A stretch of 32,000 nt of DNA from positions 960,001 through 992,000 of the forward strand of contig CP060232.1 of NCBI GenBank assembly GCA_023898645.1, in the 5' to 3' direction. Below are positions 30,476 to 32,000 of this stretch, piece by piece (position 1 is the stretch's first letter; every line of letters begins with the position of its first letter). The DNA is from Candidatus Saccharimonadota bacterium (GTDB lineage Bacteria > Patescibacteriota > Saccharimonadia > Saccharimonadales > Saccharimonadaceae). Position numbers and translations under genes: made by a program. The notes below the pieces were generated by a model. It saw nothing but the letters and a program-made list of their open reading frames with translations. It had not been told where the DNA came from and searched no databases.

Positions 30476-31993
30476 TTATTTTGATTTCGATTTTACAGTA
30501 GCTTTTTCGGTTACATCGAATTTATCAAAATATCGACCTAACAAAAGGGCTGTTTGTGATGTAAAAGCCGAAGCTGAACTATATACAATAGCCGTAACAG
30601 GCATCAGGAACCACTGAAGAATCATCCAAACATTACGATGACGTTTGTATCTTAATGGGCGCGGTGGAAGCATCTTAAAGGCGAAAAACACTGTTATAAA
30701 CAAGCCAACAAGAGCAATCTGTTGGATATGACTGATAACTTCTGGAAGTTGATGAGCGGCGATACTATGAGCAGCCTGACCGTTAACAAAAAGTGGCACC
30801 CACCCACCTATTGCAATCAGTATCGCGATGCTTGCAAGAGTAACGTGACCATCAATCAAACGAATAAGCCGAGCTAAACTTGGTCCAAGAGGCACTTCTC
30901 TACGATCAGTAAAAATTCTTGTTGCAACATATGCTATATCGGAAGCTCCGTATGCCCAACGACGAAGTTGTATAAACTGAGCCTTAAGTGTTCGTAGATA
31001 AGTTGAAGATAAAACAGCATCTTGATATATGGGTACAAATATAGATACAACGCCGTAATTACCTTTAAAATGAAAGTAACTCCTCCAATACTGATGGCCG
31101 TCTTCTACTATTGTTCGAGTGCTCCAAAAATTCATTTCAACAAGCGCATCCATTGGCTGAGAATGTGATGCAAAATTACGCAAAGTATGCGGTCTCATTG
31201 AGCTAATAATATTCCAAAATGAGTTTCCAGTAGCGACCACGCGCATCGGCGCTGGAGCATCCCAGATATTGTTAATGAAAAGGCATATTGGTTGATAGGA
31301 AAGGTTCTTGCGATCAAGATGAACGACATATTCATACGTAAGATAGTCAAAATAAGTAGGGTGTGTTCGATTGTCTGCGTCAAGAGTAGTAACAATTACA
31401 TCACTATATTTAATTTTACGCTTATCTAGCCAGTCCTTTAGAAAGAATCCTGCATACGTTATATTGCCGCCCTTACCCCGAACTTCATTAGGCAAATCAT
31501 TCGGATGTTCAACAAGTAGAAAATCCTTAAACTTACCCCGAAATTCCCTTTCAAGTGCATGAACTGTATCTTTAATCGCAGCGCCACCTCTCGCTTCATA
31601 TGCGACGACGACAATCATATGTTTTTTATCATAAGTAGAGTCAACAAGCGACTGAATTGTTGGCTGCAAGATATCATAGGACTCATTGTATGTTGCAATT
31701 ATAACAGCGTTATATATTTGAGACGGCTTCGGGTAGTTGTTCGGATGGGCGATAATTTCCTTTAGGTTCCCCGCATGATTATCGTGTGCAAAATCATTAT
31801 CCGGTTTCAGTGCGTCATCGATATATTTCGATGGATTTTCTAATTGTTTTAGCCTATCATGCCAATCTACCTTCTGAGCCTTCTCAAGTTGATTACGCCC
31901 AGTCGTTGTATGATATGCAATACCGACAGCCTTTATAAGGGTGGTTATAATAATCGCCAACAAATAGGCGGCTGCAATTAACGGATTAAGCAA
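30476..31993 (-). CDS. Membrane-integrated processive family-2 glycosyltransferase (cellulose/chitin-synthase-like)
   Basis: At least 505 aa. It has an N-terminal TM, a GT-A core (VVVAYEARGG, TTLDADN) and the QxxRW motif (QFIQLRRWAYG), followed by several C-terminal TM helices. The track start is a TTG at 31993 and the frame stays open to the window edge, so the 5' end is uncertain. Confidence 0.75.
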   Translation of the reverse strand: MLNPLIAAAYLLAIIITTLIKAVGIAYHTTTGRNQLEKAQKVDWHDRLKQLENPSKYIDDALKPDNDFAHDNHAGNLKEIIAHPNNYPKPSQIYNAVIIATYNESYDILQPTIQSLVDSTYDKKHMIVVVAYEARGGAAIKDTVHALEREFRGKFKDFLLVEHPNDLPNEVRGKGGNITYAGFFLKDWLDKRKIKYSDVIVTTLDADNRTHPTYFDYLTYEYVVHLDRKNLSYQPICLFINNIWDAPAPMRVVATGNSFWNIISSMRPHTLRNFASHSQPMDALVEMNFWSTRTIVEDGHQYWRSYFHFKGNYGVVSIFVPIYQDAVLSSTYLRTLKAQFIQLRRWAYGASDIAYVATRIFTDRREVPLGPSLARLIRLIDGHVTLASIAILIAIGGWVPLFVNGQAAHSIAAHQLPEVISHIQQIALVGLFITVFFAFKMLPPRPLRYKRHRNVWMILQWFLMPVTAIVYSSASAFTSQTALLLGRYFDKFDVTEKATVKSKSK

Positions 31994-32000
31994 AGAAAGT

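Overview
This is a chromosomal segment of a Saccharibacteria (TM7)-type CPR bacterium. The 16S carries exact matches to the TM7567 and TM7905 probe targets as I recall them, and U at E. coli position 912. The minus strand holds an rRNA region: 16S; then tRNA-Ala, a 37-nt acceptor/T-arm minihelix, tRNA-Val and tRNA-Ile; then 23S; then 5S. It also holds gyrB-gyrA-PAP2, a three-gene membrane/TraD-VirD4-like ATPase cluster, a bPH-like gene, tmRNA, RNase P RNA, a Nudix-RNase H fusion, tRNA-Pro, an M50 protease, thrS (T-box-like leader), miaA, a wHTH regulator, an MBL-fold gene and a processive GT2 synthase. The plus strand holds comM/yifB, infC-rpmI-rplT, rpmB, tRNA-Val(GAC), two surface/membrane genes and several small ORFs. 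No CRISPR array, transposase, integrase or phage gene was seen. Points for a second look: (1) a genome-encoded G3:U70 minihelix-Ala 3 nt downstream of tRNA-Ala; (2) an rRNA locus apparently split into two transcription units, with an antisense small membrane-protein gene, divergent promoters and a bidirectional terminator in the 16S-23S spacer; (3) a recurring -10-box/N6-11/ATG geometry without Shine-Dalgarno, suggesting leaderless mRNAs; (4) a T4CP-like ATPase module lacking other T4SS or relaxase genes in this window; (5) structured rRNA expansions; (6) an orphan promoter-terminator sRNA unit and hairpin-rich gene-free DNA; (7) an atypical tmRNA. All homology calls come from motif recognition by eye. 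No database search was run.
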